A DNA stretch of 64,000 bases from Patescibacteria group bacterium (GCA_016861085.1 BOKR01000001.1:451271-515270), one strand, 5' to 3'. Positions 43,243-54,123 are shown, counted from the stretch's first letter. Made by a program: numbers and translations. Notes: generated by a model from the sequence alone, not told the origin.

Positions 43243-44972
43243 TTATTTTACACGAGAATTGGGGTCTTGGGATTGTGGACTCTTTATTTTCTCAAACCCA
43301 ACAGGGAATTCATAATCCTGCGCTGCAGGAGTGTTAGCAACTATTCCGACTGGAATACAGTAATCTCGTGGCACAAGCTTCATCACTCTGCTACGGTAAT
43401 CAACATCGGTTGTTTGGTAAAAGTCATTTAGTGTCGCATATATTTTTCCCCAATCCCTAACTTTGACAGGGTTAATACAGATTACTTCTATCTTTGATTC
43501 AAAGAATTTCTTTTCTTGAGTTATATTCTCAATCTGAGCGATTCTCCAGCGGCCATGTTCATGTTCCCATAGTATTTTTTTCTGATTATTTTTTCGCCAA
43601 ATGGGCTTTTCAAGGTTAAAATAATTATTTGTTCTGTAGTTTTAAGGGTTTGGGTTTCAGATTCAATAATTGTCTCTATAGAGCTGGGGTGTAGATCTTC
43701 ATATTCTAATATACTTTTTGCGGTGAACTCCTCTCTAGAAATCTCACTTTTAAAATGTTGAGAGAAGTAATTATAAAGTTCTTCATATGCTCCTGAGTTG
43801 ACAAAAGCCAAGTAGTCAGTCGGAGGCATGTATGATTGAAGAACTAATTTAGAGGTAGTAATAAGTGGAAATACAAGCAAAAGTAGTAGCACTCTTTTTT
43901 CTTTTATCGTATTGAGCACAAACAACCAAAAAAATGGTATAAAAAATATCAAATATCTTGGCCAAAATGGGATTTTAAGTAATAGTAAAAAAATAAGGGA
44001 GAGAGAAACAAGGATAGCTCCTAACTCAGAATTTTTTGGTGCTTTTGATTTAAACCAATCTTTTATTGTAATTAGTAATGCAATGATTCCAAGTCCCCAT
44101 TCACCATTCCAAGTAAAAATAGTCTGCCAGTTTGTGTCAACCCAGCCCCGATTAAGACCAGTAAATGAGGTTATGATCAACATGCCGATAGGGGCTATGA
44201 CATCAGAGCTGAGGTAAAAGTTTAGTGTCCATTTTTGAGCTTGAAGGAAGGAAATAAGCCCATCTGATACTAAAACTGGTAGGTAAGGTAATAAGTATCC
44301 GGTTATACTAGAAATCAGCAGTAATGGAGTTAGTTTGAGTTGTTTGTTTTTAAAAAGGTACCAAACATCGGCCAAAATAATAAATGGAGTATACAATCCA
44401 AATTTTGTAGCGGTCATAAAGCCAAGAAACATTCCTGCAATAGCTAGGTTCTTGAACGTATTTTTGTTATTCCGAGCGCTTTTGAACAGAAAAACTAGAT
44501 GCCAAGCAAATAAGGCTACCTGAGGCAAATCTAGTAATGTTAGTTTTACTTGTTCCTGTATTTCTGCGGAGCAAAAAATAAATAATGCGAGAAAAATTCT
44601 TTTTGTTGTATCAAACTTAAAGTAGCTTTTGGCTAAATTATCCATTGCTAATAGCAGCAACAACAAAAATAGTGGTGAAGCTAAATGTTGATTTCCAAAT
44701 AAAAATGCGGAATATCCAAAAAAGAGTTTTGCAAATACTGGTGTTTCGGGGTTTACAGAAAATGGTTTGAACTCTTGAGTAAGACTGTATCCCGAATATG
44801 TAAAGAGATCTGCATCCCCCATGATTCTTGAACTGAGAGGAACTGCCCATTGAGACATTGAATAGTGGTCATGTGCATACTTGGGATCAAAAGTATCAAA
44901 GAAAATATGGCGTTGAAACCACGTTACTACTATTAAAAGCAGCACTGCAATCAACCTAGCTATCTTATTCAT
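43243..44972 (-). pseudogene. GT-C-like membrane protein split by a -1 frameshift at an A7 run (or programmed/phase-variable frameshift, or sequencing error)
   Basis: The 0-frame ORF 44972-43521 (483 aa) has multi-TM, GDADLF and NPETP motifs. Shifting -1 at A7 (43581-43575) gives 110 more codons (ILWEHEHGRWRIAQIE...NSRVK*) ending at 43243, just before the next gene (ATG 43235). Confidence 0.7.
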
Positions 44973-45600
44973 AGTTCATTGGTATCTCTGACTCATAAGT
45001 TGTGTTTTGCTCCTGTGTAGGAAGTACTGTTGGTTCTGGCTCTACTGGAATTTCCTCTACTGTTTCAGGAAGTAATTCCATATTTGTAGCTTCACTAATA
45101 AACAAAGTATTCGTTTCTTGATTATATTCACCTGTTGCAAATATTCTTCTACCTATCAATTTTTCCAAATCTACGTTTTCCAAAACAGTAATATTAATGG
45201 CTTCAGCTGAGCTTGTGAGTAAATAGAATTTTGCTGTTTTTTTTGAAAATTGAAGTGTGCCAGTAAAAGCTGTTTCTCTTAAAGGGCTAATAGATGGCAA
45301 AGGAGTTTGTTTTACTGTAGGTTGATAGTGAATAAACGGCTTTTGTTTCGAAATAGTAAATTGTCCTACTCCAAAACCCAGCGTTGCAACAACTGCAGTG
45401 ATTGCAATTGCAGTGAGTGGATGAATTTTAAAGTGAAAATCGACCCCTTCTTTACTCATAACCTTTTTCCACCAGTTTTTGAGATAAGTAATAGGGTTCG
45501 CTATCTGTAGGTTAATAAAAGGTGGTTCTTTTTTTCTGAAGTCGGGTTTGACTTCACTCACTTCAACAAACGAATTTTTCTCTTTATTCATATTGCTCAT
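44965..45600 (-). CDS. Single-TM hypothetical protein with an OB-like extracellular domain
   Basis: 211 aa; TM AIAITAVVATLGFGV, then FTGTLQ..FYLL..LIGRRIFATG; Pro/Glu-rich tail. Confidence 0.75.
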   Translation of the reverse strand: MSNMNKEKNSFVEVSEVKPDFRKKEPPFINLQIANPITYLKNWWKKVMSKEGVDFHFKIHPLTAIAITAVVATLGFGVGQFTISKQKPFIHYQPTVKQTPLPSISPLRETAFTGTLQFSKKTAKFYLLTSSAEAINITVLENVDLEKLIGRRIFATGEYNQETNTLFISEATNMELLPETVEEIPVEPEPTVLPTQEQNTTYESEIPMNYE

Positions 45601-47306
45601 TTAACCATAACCACCAGATATTCGCTACTATCTAATAGTATCTTATAAGCACCAGTTGTAAATAGTTTAGTGACTCGGTTGATTGAATCTTCAAGCATCA
45701 TAGTTTTGTTGAATTTAATGTAGGTAATGTTTTTATTTTTTATCATATTCTCGATAGTTTTTGTGTCCGAGTTTTCAACTGAAATTCGAAAGAAATGGAC
45801 AAAATCATCAATATGTTTTGGTTGAAAGCCACTGTAGCCATTTACCAACTGACAATCATAATGCATTAAGTTCAATATCATTTTTACCCAATAATTTAAG
45901 GTAATCAAAACATGAGTGTTTGGTTGCTCTGGTGCAAATGGGTACTCTAGAACCACTTGATCTTTTTGACAGTTAGCGATGATTTGGTCGTAGCTTGAGC
46001 TTCTATAGGTATCTACTGTTGTTCTTTGTTTGATAGGGATAATTTCGATGACATAAAGTGTAAGTACAAAAAAAATAAGTATCCATGCTTTTTTTATTGA
46101 GTATTTATTGAAAACATATTGCAGTGCGAAGCCGACAAAATAGAGTAGTCCTATCTCGACAACAAAAAACCATCTTGAAATTACGCGCAAGGCATCGAAA
46201 AATGGAGTTAATTTAAGCGGGAATATATATGGTAATGGGATCGCTAAATACTTACCGTTAATACTCAGTCGTGGTCCCAAAATAGCAATCATTCCCCAAA
46301 TGAACATCAGCCACATAAAGCCATTAATAAATTTATCACGCTGTGTAAGCTTAGTCTTGTTAAGTGCAAATACACCAAAAAAAATTAGAGCCATAAATAC
46401 AAAACCTGTTCCGAAAGTTTCTCCACCCAACCTATGGTTATTCACGTTAACGTACTTATATATTGTTTCAGTCCACAAGCTTGGAAGGGGGTTAAAGAGA
46501 AAGTCAGTGATTTGCATTGAGTGGTTTACGTACTCTTCTGCGGATCTCTTTATGTTATATGCTTTTTGTACTAAAGAAAACTTTAGTGCAAAATATCCAG
46601 CTACTACTACAAAACCCAGTAAAAAACATATACTAAATTGTAATGTTTTAGTTAATTTCTTTTTAGAGTACATTTGCCAAATAAAAAATATTCCAGAAAT
46701 CGTGATCGAGTATATTCCGATATACACTGCAGCAAGAAACTGTAACCCACTTAAGATACCAGAAATAAAATAGTCTGATGCTTTTTTCGCTTCAAGTAAT
46801 TTTCCTAAGGAAAAAAAGAAAAACCAGTAAGAAATCATCTGATAATGCGAGTACATACTTAAGGTATAGGGGGAAAAAGTGAATAACAATGTAAGCAGAA
46901 AGATTATTTTTTTGTCTGAAAATACTTTAGTCCAGAAATATTGCAATGAAATTATATTCACAAGACCCACTATAAAAAAAACAATGTTATGTGTAGTTAT
47001 ATAGTTTTGTGTAAGGGGAAAAATAAACAATCCAAGAATACTTTGCGGTAATAATAGGTCTGTAAAATACATACCTCCAGGGGAGTTATAGTACATAGAT
47101 ATGTTATCGTGGTTTACAAAATCTAGCGCAGAAATATGCGATATGTTCTGTTGCATGATATAGACCATTAGCGGATAGTCATACCAATCACTTAGTGCAG
47201 TAGAAATATTTAGTAAAAGTTTCTGGTTGTATAAGAGGAACAACAGAAAGGTGATAAAAACCGAAATGAAATGAGTTCTGTTGATCTTAAAAAAGTTATT
47301 TATCAT
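45597..47306 (-). CDS. Multi-TM GT-C-like (YfhO-like) membrane protein
   Basis: About 12 TMs; DWYD, FTFSPY, LRVISRW, VLEYP and LVNGYSGFQP. Confidence 0.75.
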   Translation of the reverse strand: MINNFFKINRTHFISVFITFLLFLLYNQKLLLNISTALSDWYDYPLMVYIMQQNISHISALDFVNHDNISMYYNSPGGMYFTDLLLPQSILGLFIFPLTQNYITTHNIVFFIVGLVNIISLQYFWTKVFSDKKIIFLLTLLFTFSPYTLSMYSHYQMISYWFFFFSLGKLLEAKKASDYFISGILSGLQFLAAVYIGIYSITISGIFFIWQMYSKKKLTKTLQFSICFLLGFVVVAGYFALKFSLVQKAYNIKRSAEEYVNHSMQITDFLFNPLPSLWTETIYKYVNVNNHRLGGETFGTGFVFMALIFFGVFALNKTKLTQRDKFINGFMWLMFIWGMIAILGPRLSINGKYLAIPLPYIFPLKLTPFFDALRVISRWFFVVEIGLLYFVGFALQYVFNKYSIKKAWILIFFVLTLYVIEIIPIKQRTTVDTYRSSSYDQIIANCQKDQVVLEYPFAPEQPNTHVLITLNYWVKMILNLMHYDCQLVNGYSGFQPKHIDDFVHFFRISVENSDTKTIENMIKNKNITYIKFNKTMMLEDSINRVTKLFTTGAYKILLDSSEYLVVMVK

Positions 47307-48924
47307 GCAGTTCTAATTTGTAAATATTACAAAGGTTATAACAACCAGAATGGACTTGCTTTAACTGAAACTTTTCAGAAATTGTTTTATAAGATTTCTG
47401 AAAAGAGTCAGAAGCATTTATTCTATAGTTTGTGACATATAAGTTATCACCATTAGTAATTTTTGTTTTGTAGAGTTCCAATAAATTTATGTAGTTGTTA
47501 CTCCCCCAGACTTCTTTCATATTCCCGTTAAAGTCTTGTTTCTCATTTAATGGCAATGTTGTATACGTATTATTTGAATAATTGTCCGTAAAAAATGGTG
47601 CATCTAGTGTGACTAGTATAGGTTTGGTGTCTGTTTCTTTTAAATTGTCAAAATAACTATTAAGTTCATTTTGGGCAAGGTAGTTCCATGGAGTTTCATT
47701 ATATTTCAGGTTTACCATGATTACTGATTTCAATCTAGTAAAATTTGTTACTGCGTATATTAAAAGTAAAGTAGATAGGAATGAGAAAAATAGTATTTTA
47801 TCTTTAAATAAGGTAGCATAGAGGTGTTGTAGAAAAAAACCAAAGCCGAGTAACAAAATTGGCAAAAGGTGGTACAAATAGCGAATATCAACTACGTAGA
47901 AGGTGGACATAAAGAGCAGTTGAACTATCACTGCTATAATAAGCCATACTTTTGCATAGATAAATTGCTTTTTTCTTAAATTAATAAGTAGTCCAAAGAT
48001 TCCTGGAAGAGCTATCCACCTTTCAGTAAGGGGTGTATTGTCCCATAAAAATCTTTGAGATTTTCCAACAAGCGCATGTGAGTATTCTCCAATATTTTTG
48101 GTAAAATAATTGATTGAAAAGTAACTATTTCCAGAAGTAACAGTGGTAGAGCTGTTTTTATCTAACGATCCATTTGAAACCTCATTTAGTACACCTATGA
48201 GCTCCACAACACCAACTAGTTTACCAAGTATAAGTGCTCCGGGTATAGCTGCAGAAAGTATCAGGCGAGATCTTTCTTTTAAAGATTTGTTTTCATTCCA
48301 GACCTTGAGTATATAGAGTATTGGGAAAGTCACCGTGAGTGGTGCGTAGGCATATTTTGTCGCGTAGAAACCTGCCGCTAAAACACCTGCAAACACACTT
48401 GTTGTTATGGAGAGTTTTTTTTGTTGTAAGATCAGGATACTCAACAAAAATAATGGAACAAGTAGATTCTCTGCCATTGCGAGGGTTGGGTACCAGTAAG
48501 AGAAGTAGTTTGTTACGTATAAGAAAAGAATAAATGTAGTAATATACTTATTTTTGAAAAAATTTTGACTAATTTTATACAAAAGTAAGAGTGAAAATAG
48601 TGCTAACAGTATGTTTATAAAATAAAACGTTCTAACGTCATTATTAATGAGGTAACCTATTGCTAATGTGAAAGGATATGCTGGTGGGACTTCAGCTTTT
48701 ATTCCTTCAATACTTTGATCGCTTAATCTACACATTCTCCATTCACCATTTTTTAGAAAGCACCTTGGTATGGTTGTGTAATAAAGAGCGTCTGGAAATG
48801 GCTCTAAATTCGGGATTAATGTGCGAGTTGAGTACGGGTTTCTGAAAAGTAAAACACAAAAGATACAAAACACTGTAGCAATTAAAAAGTGAGATTTTAA
48901 AAGTTGTAAAATTTTTTTCTTCAT
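47296..48924 (-). CDS. GT-C fold membrane glycosyltransferase-like protein
   Basis: EPFPDALYY in loop 1, MAENL, TKY and DIRY; soluble C-terminal domain ending GCYNLCNIYKL. Confidence 0.75.
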   Translation of the reverse strand: MKKKILQLLKSHFLIATVFCIFCVLLFRNPYSTRTLIPNLEPFPDALYYTTIPRCFLKNGEWRMCRLSDQSIEGIKAEVPPAYPFTLAIGYLINNDVRTFYFINILLALFSLLLLYKISQNFFKNKYITTFILFLYVTNYFSYWYPTLAMAENLLVPLFLLSILILQQKKLSITTSVFAGVLAAGFYATKYAYAPLTVTFPILYILKVWNENKSLKERSRLILSAAIPGALILGKLVGVVELIGVLNEVSNGSLDKNSSTTVTSGNSYFSINYFTKNIGEYSHALVGKSQRFLWDNTPLTERWIALPGIFGLLINLRKKQFIYAKVWLIIAVIVQLLFMSTFYVVDIRYLYHLLPILLLGFGFFLQHLYATLFKDKILFFSFLSTLLLIYAVTNFTRLKSVIMVNLKYNETPWNYLAQNELNSYFDNLKETDTKPILVTLDAPFFTDNYSNNTYTTLPLNEKQDFNGNMKEVWGSNNYINLLELYKTKITNGDNLYVTNYRINASDSFQKSYKTISEKFQLKQVHSGCYNLCNIYKLELHDK

Positions 48925-50462
48925 TAGTTTTTAATTATTTGTATGAATTTTTCCTTAAAGTTTTCCTTGCTAAAAAATCTGCTTCTGTTGATGGCTGCAA
49001 GCTTCATTTTTACCATTGTGTCATCATTTTGAATAAGTTTTATCGTATACTCAATGAGCTCATTTCTGGTATTCCATCTAAAGCCAGATTCATTAGTTAC
49101 TATCTCTTTTTGTCCACCCATGTTTATTACGACTGGCACACATCCTGAAGCCATGGCTTCAACAGTGGTAATTCCAAAGTGTTCTAGTGCAACTGGATTT
49201 TTATCCTCGTTTTCATCTAGACCTGTGGCATGCCAATATATTTTACTTTCTGCAAACAGCTCTTTAAGTTCATTAAATGAAATGTCTTGATGAAAGAATA
49301 CAGGAAAATCTTTAGCTTCATTTTTAACTTTATTAAAATACTTTTCATGAGTTTCACCATTTTCAACGCTGCCAACAAAATGTAACTCCCACCCATTAAT
49401 TCCGTGTTTACTGACTATTTGTTTAAATATCTTAACTAGTTCCAATTGTTTTTTTGAGTGACCTGTAATGAAAAATCTTCCCACATGGAGAATAATATTC
49501 CTTTTTGTCTTTGCAGAATGAAAATTCTTAACATTAACTGGAGGGTACAGAACTTCACTTTTTATTCCCCAGTATCTATAAATCCATTTTTGACAAAACT
49601 TTGAGATGGTAATAATTTTGTTGTAGGATGAGAGGTCAGATCGTTTCGTGACACCTGGCCCTCCATGTAATCTCATTTCCCAAACTGGGAATAGTGATTT
49701 AAAAATATTGTAAAGCATGTAGCGAATATTAGGGATAGTTAGACTAACTAATGCAACTTCATCAGAATACTCATTTTCAGGCAACACTATTGTAAACTTT
49801 TTGTTTTTTGTATCTAATCCTTTAAAGTTAAAAATAACAGTATTTTTCTTTTCGTAAAAAACTTTATTTGAAGGTCTAATCTCTTTGTTATCGAGAAAGA
49901 ATTTGATTTGGTCTATTACAGAGAAAGTAAAATATTTAAAGAACAAGGCAATTTTAAAATCAAAAATTGAGTCTTTAAACACGATGCTAGACTTATGAGA
50001 AAGCCACTTATAAATCTTTCTCCCTATATGCTGATCAAATTTGAAGTTCTCGTATCTAGAAGGGTAAATAAACAACTTCCTAAATGAAGGAATAAAAAGT
50101 GCTCTTTTAAGGTATTCAAAAACTGATAAATGCAGCATTGCTGGGAAAAAGACAGAAAGATACCCCTGTTTACTCCTGTTTGGAAAGTATTCTAGGTGAG
50201 ATGTGTTAATAAAAATATCATACTCTTCAGAAACAGCCGAAAGGTTATCAGTCATTGATTCGTGTAGATATCTGATATTTATATTTTTTAAGGAAAGACC
50301 CATTTTTTTCTCTGCTTGTTGTACATCAACTTTTTTAAATGTAACTAAATCAACACTATAGCCTACTTCGAAAAGTGCCTGAGCATAAGCAAATGCGACC
50401 TGTTCTCCACCCCCCAATGTAGAAAGCCACCTGTCATATACGGCTGCTTTTTTTTGTTTCAT
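48924..50462 (-). CDS. Glycosyltransferase family 4 with an internal beta-rich insertion
   Basis: LGGGE, LYPPV, VGRFF, SKKQ and EHFGITTVEAMASG; ~110-aa insert at aa ~132-244. Confidence 0.88.
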   Translation of the reverse strand: MKQKKAAVYDRWLSTLGGGEQVAFAYAQALFEVGYSVDLVTFKKVDVQQAEKKMGLSLKNINIRYLHESMTDNLSAVSEEYDIFINTSHLEYFPNRSKQGYLSVFFPAMLHLSVFEYLKRALFIPSFRKLFIYPSRYENFKFDQHIGRKIYKWLSHKSSIVFKDSIFDFKIALFFKYFTFSVIDQIKFFLDNKEIRPSNKVFYEKKNTVIFNFKGLDTKNKKFTIVLPENEYSDEVALVSLTIPNIRYMLYNIFKSLFPVWEMRLHGGPGVTKRSDLSSYNKIITISKFCQKWIYRYWGIKSEVLYPPVNVKNFHSAKTKRNIILHVGRFFITGHSKKQLELVKIFKQIVSKHGINGWELHFVGSVENGETHEKYFNKVKNEAKDFPVFFHQDISFNELKELFAESKIYWHATGLDENEDKNPVALEHFGITTVEAMASGCVPVVINMGGQKEIVTNESGFRWNTRNELIEYTIKLIQNDDTMVKMKLAAINRSRFFSKENFKEKFIQIIKN

Positions 50463-50471
50463 ATAGATTCT

Positions 50472-51899
50472 TTAGTATAATTTTCCATAAATTTGACCCA
50501 TATCTTTTTTTTGATTTTTTTGAAGATTTTTTCTAACCTGATACATTCTCCATAAATTTGTCCTGATTTTAGATAGTGCTGAACTATAAGCCTCAGCTTT
50601 AATTAGAGATACTCTGTATATTTGACCATAGTAGTTAGTTTTTTTAAAGACCAGAACCATGCATTTTGTATAAAGATACTTTAAACAAAAAAGAGCAAAT
50701 TTTATTAAAAAACTGTGTAGAGGAAAATGGCTCAACAATAAAAACAAATGATTTTTTTCTATGTTAGCTAAGAAAAATGAAGTAGGCTGCTGGTCTGTTG
50801 TAGCACGATGCTTATGATATACAACTGACTTTGGTTGGTATAGTATGGTGTATCCTTTTCTCCATACTTTCAACGACAAGTCTACATCTTCATAATACAT
50901 AAAGTATGCGGGGTCAAAAATTTGTTCGCCAATTACTTCTCTTTTGATAAGACAACTTGCCCCACAAGCTGCTAATACTTCTTCTTCATGGTTGTAGTAC
51001 GATGAGTCAAAGTCATAAAATTCTTTGACACCATTTTTTGCTCTTAAGATTACACTACCTCTGTCTCTTCCTAATCCTTTCTTAAAAACTACACTACCGG
51101 CATTTTGTACAAGATATATTAGGTCATCCTTAATATCTTCTCTCTTTACTGTGATATTTAATTGCTTAACTTCTCTAGAAGGAAGAAAGTCAGAGACTAT
51201 TATTTTTCCAAATGTACTGATTTGAAATTTAGTCTTAATATTCGAGACATGAGGGTAGCCATGTAAAGAAATGTTGTATGTTTCGCTCTCTTTTCCTTTG
51301 AAAGGTAACAGCACTACTCCATGGCCGTCAGTCCATCTGCTTGAATAGTTTCCCTTTGTTTTTTTATAAAATCCTTTTTTGTACCATATCTGTTGACTTT
51401 TTTCTTTTGTGGAGCAACTAATGTTATCAACAATTAGCCCTAGTGGTTTGTAGCTATTACTGTTGGGATAAATGTTTACTTTTATTTCTGTGTCAGAAAT
51501 TATATCTAGTTCTATAAAGGGAGTACTAAAAAGTAATTTGGAGGTTACAATTCCAACGTTTTTATTTTTTTTGGCTGTTGAGACTAAGGATCTTAACCAG
51601 TTCCTATCAACTACAGTATCATTGTTGAGAAGTACGATGTATTCTCCGACAGCCTTACTATAGGCGAGATTGTTACCTTCAGCAAAACCAAGATTTGCTT
51701 TGCTTTCAACTAGCTTCACCCACGGAAAATCTTTTTTTACACAACTTACTGAATCGTCTTGTGAGTCATTATCTACCAATATAACTTCATACTCATTTCT
51801 CGGGAAATTAACATTATCAATAGAAGTAAGACAATCTTTTAAGAATTTTTTGCCATTATAGTTAATAATGAGAATTGAAACTAATGGTTTTTTTTTCAT
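50472..51899 (-). CDS. Glycosyltransferase family 2 with an internal beta-rich insertion
   Basis: SILIINYNG, VDNDSQD, NLGFAEGNN, LLNND, CGASCL and FMYYEDVDLS; ~138-aa insert between KLLF and VQNAG. Confidence 0.88.
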   Translation of the reverse strand: MKKKPLVSILIINYNGKKFLKDCLTSIDNVNFPRNEYEVILVDNDSQDDSVSCVKKDFPWVKLVESKANLGFAEGNNLAYSKAVGEYIVLLNNDTVVDRNWLRSLVSTAKKNKNVGIVTSKLLFSTPFIELDIISDTEIKVNIYPNSNSYKPLGLIVDNISCSTKEKSQQIWYKKGFYKKTKGNYSSRWTDGHGVVLLPFKGKESETYNISLHGYPHVSNIKTKFQISTFGKIIVSDFLPSREVKQLNITVKREDIKDDLIYLVQNAGSVVFKKGLGRDRGSVILRAKNGVKEFYDFDSSYYNHEEEVLAACGASCLIKREVIGEQIFDPAYFMYYEDVDLSLKVWRKGYTILYQPKSVVYHKHRATTDQQPTSFFLANIEKNHLFLLLSHFPLHSFLIKFALFCLKYLYTKCMVLVFKKTNYYGQIYRVSLIKAEAYSSALSKIRTNLWRMYQVRKNLQKNQKKDMGQIYGKLY

Positions 51900-52020
51900 T
51901 GTTTATTTATTTGTATCACAATATGTGTATTCTGTATCTTATAAAACGGTGCTTTGTGAAGTAGTGATGAGTCCCAAATGCTAAAAAAAGCAAGCTAGTC
52001 AATCTGAATTTCTAATTTAC

Positions 52021-54123
52021 ATGAGTAATAATCTAGTATACAACATACAACAAGTGATGAAAAAATTTCTTTTTAGCTATTTTTGTTTTTGTTTTTGTTT
52101 TTTTACTTTTTTTGCTTCGGGATTTGTAGATTCTCAAGATGGGTTCCTATATTTAACTATCGCAAGAAGGATGTATTATGACAAAACGTTTGAAATGCCA
52201 GTTGAATCTTTCCCAGAAGAAAATATCCACATGAGTACGATGAAGGCAAAAGATGGAAAAATATATAGTCCAACAGGACTAGGCTATTCTCTCTCACTTT
52301 TACCAGCAGTTTTATTGGAAGATGTATTTTTACGTTTAAGTGATACAGAACCTATTTCAGCATTTCCACTAAGAAATGACTGGCCAGTATTATTATTTGC
52401 TAGCATGACCAATTCTTTTTGGGCTGCTCTTTTAGTGGTTACTTTTTATCTTTTTCTTAGAGAACTTTCGGTAGAACATAAGCCTGCAATTTTTCTTAGT
52501 TTTATTTTGACTGTAGCAACTAATTTATTTGTATACGCAAAACATTCTTTTGCTCACATGATGTTTACAAGTGTGTTATTTTTAACTTTTTTATGTATCA
52601 AAAAATCTAGTAAGTCAAAGCACGTATATTTTATGTTGCTTGCGGGATTTGCATATAGTATTGTAGTAATTTCTTATAATCCAACATACCTTTTTCCAAT
52701 CCCAGCAATTGGAATTTACTATCTTTTTACTCATAAAATTAACTTTTCTCTTTTTAAAGTAAAGGAGTTATTGAATAATTTATTCTTTGCTCTTGTTGGG
52801 GCTCTACCAATTATAACTTTATATGCATGGTTCAATAGTATTAGATTTGGTGATGCCATAAGTACTGGTTACGGGACAAGCGGTATAGAAATTCCACAGT
52901 TTCCCCCAATATACGTTATTATTGAAGGTTTTTGGGGACTACTTGTAAGTCCAGGAAAAAGTATATTTTTATTTTCACCAATCCTATTAATTATAATTTT
53001 ATTTTGGTTTCACTTGAAGAAAAAGATTTATCCTGAATTACTGGCTGGGTTAGCACTTTTTTTTGTATACCTTTGGTATATAGGGACTCTACTTGGTGGA
53101 GTCGATTTTTTGCTTTGGCATGGTGACTCTAGCTGGGGTCCAAGGTATATGTTACCAACCTTACCATTACTACTTCTACTTGTTGGATATATTTTTACGA
53201 AACTAACTAAAAGACAAAAAATCTTAGTTTTTTTTCCGCTGCTACTGTTTGGATTATATGTTAACCTCTTGGGTATTTTATTACCATATCAGATTAGATT
53301 TGCTGGTTTACAAACCAATGTTCATCTTAATGGTAGAGAATTTAATATGCATGAATATGGAAACGAAATTCCTAGATATTCCCCAATATTCAAGCAATCA
53401 AAAACGCTATTCCAGAGATTAGGAAAGTTAGACCAGTTGTTTGATCACGGGACATATAATTTACGACTTGTTGACGGTTTTGATTATCCGTTTGATATCG
53501 GATGGTCAGTTTGGAGAGGAATGCAGCCGTCTTCAGTTTTTTTATTCAACTCAAAAAAGGATCAAGGACCAAGGAAGCTTAGCTTAAAGCTAAAAAATCA
53601 CCAAATTGATCCTGTAAGTACCAAGTCAGCAACACTAAAATTTATCATAAATGGTCAAGAGGTCAAGAACGGTCAAAATTTTCTTATACCTACTGAACAA
53701 GAAAAAGAGTTTAATTTTGATCTTTCAGAGTATAAGTTGCTGGAAAAAAATAATGAGATGCTGATCCATTTGAGTTTTGAAAGTACGGCAGCAGCCTACT
53801 TAAAAGGAAAACAAGTACTATTTTTACAGTCACTCAGTTTCGATGATATTCACCAAAATATTCGAACAATTGATTATCCATATGTATCTGAAGTCTCGAA
53901 AAATCTTTTTGATGCTGAATATACTTTTTGGGGGAAGATACAAACTAACCCTTGGGAAATTTGGCACATGCACTCAGGGGTTTATGAACAGACGTTTGAT
54001 TTGTGGTGGTTGCGACCATTCCACTACTGGGATTACCCTAAAAACTTTTTCATTAGCTTATTTATTCTAGACTTTTCTGCTATCATATATTTTGGGTATC
54101 GAACGCTATGTTACAAACATTAA
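52021..54123 (+). CDS. GT-C-like membrane protein with a C-terminal beta-sandwich domain
   Basis: DSQDG in loop 1, YSPTGLG, NSIRFG, SPGKSIFLFSP and SWGPRYMLP; true start may be ATG at 52057 (MKKFLF). Confidence 0.75.
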   Translation: MSNNLVYNIQQVMKKFLFSYFCFCFCFFTFFASGFVDSQDGFLYLTIARRMYYDKTFEMPVESFPEENIHMSTMKAKDGKIYSPTGLGYSLSLLPAVLLEDVFLRLSDTEPISAFPLRNDWPVLLFASMTNSFWAALLVVTFYLFLRELSVEHKPAIFLSFILTVATNLFVYAKHSFAHMMFTSVLFLTFLCIKKSSKSKHVYFMLLAGFAYSIVVISYNPTYLFPIPAIGIYYLFTHKINFSLFKVKELLNNLFFALVGALPIITLYAWFNSIRFGDAISTGYGTSGIEIPQFPPIYVIIEGFWGLLVSPGKSIFLFSPILLIIILFWFHLKKKIYPELLAGLALFFVYLWYIGTLLGGVDFLLWHGDSSWGPRYMLPTLPLLLLLVGYIFTKLTKRQKILVFFPLLLFGLYVNLLGILLPYQIRFAGLQTNVHLNGREFNMHEYGNEIPRYSPIFKQSKTLFQRLGKLDQLFDHGTYNLRLVDGFDYPFDIGWSVWRGMQPSSVFLFNSKKDQGPRKLSLKLKNHQIDPVSTKSATLKFIINGQEVKNGQNFLIPTEQEKEFNFDLSEYKLLEKNNEMLIHLSFESTAAAYLKGKQVLFLQSLSFDDIHQNIRTIDYPYVSEVSKNLFDAEYTFWGKIQTNPWEIWHMHSGVYEQTFDLWWLRPFHYWDYPKNFFISLFILDFSAIIYFGYRTLCYKH

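Noticed and set aside
43246-43520. Apparent intergenic gap as a possible ncRNA
   Set aside because: It is an open reading frame in the -1 frame of the upstream gene (see the frameshift finding).
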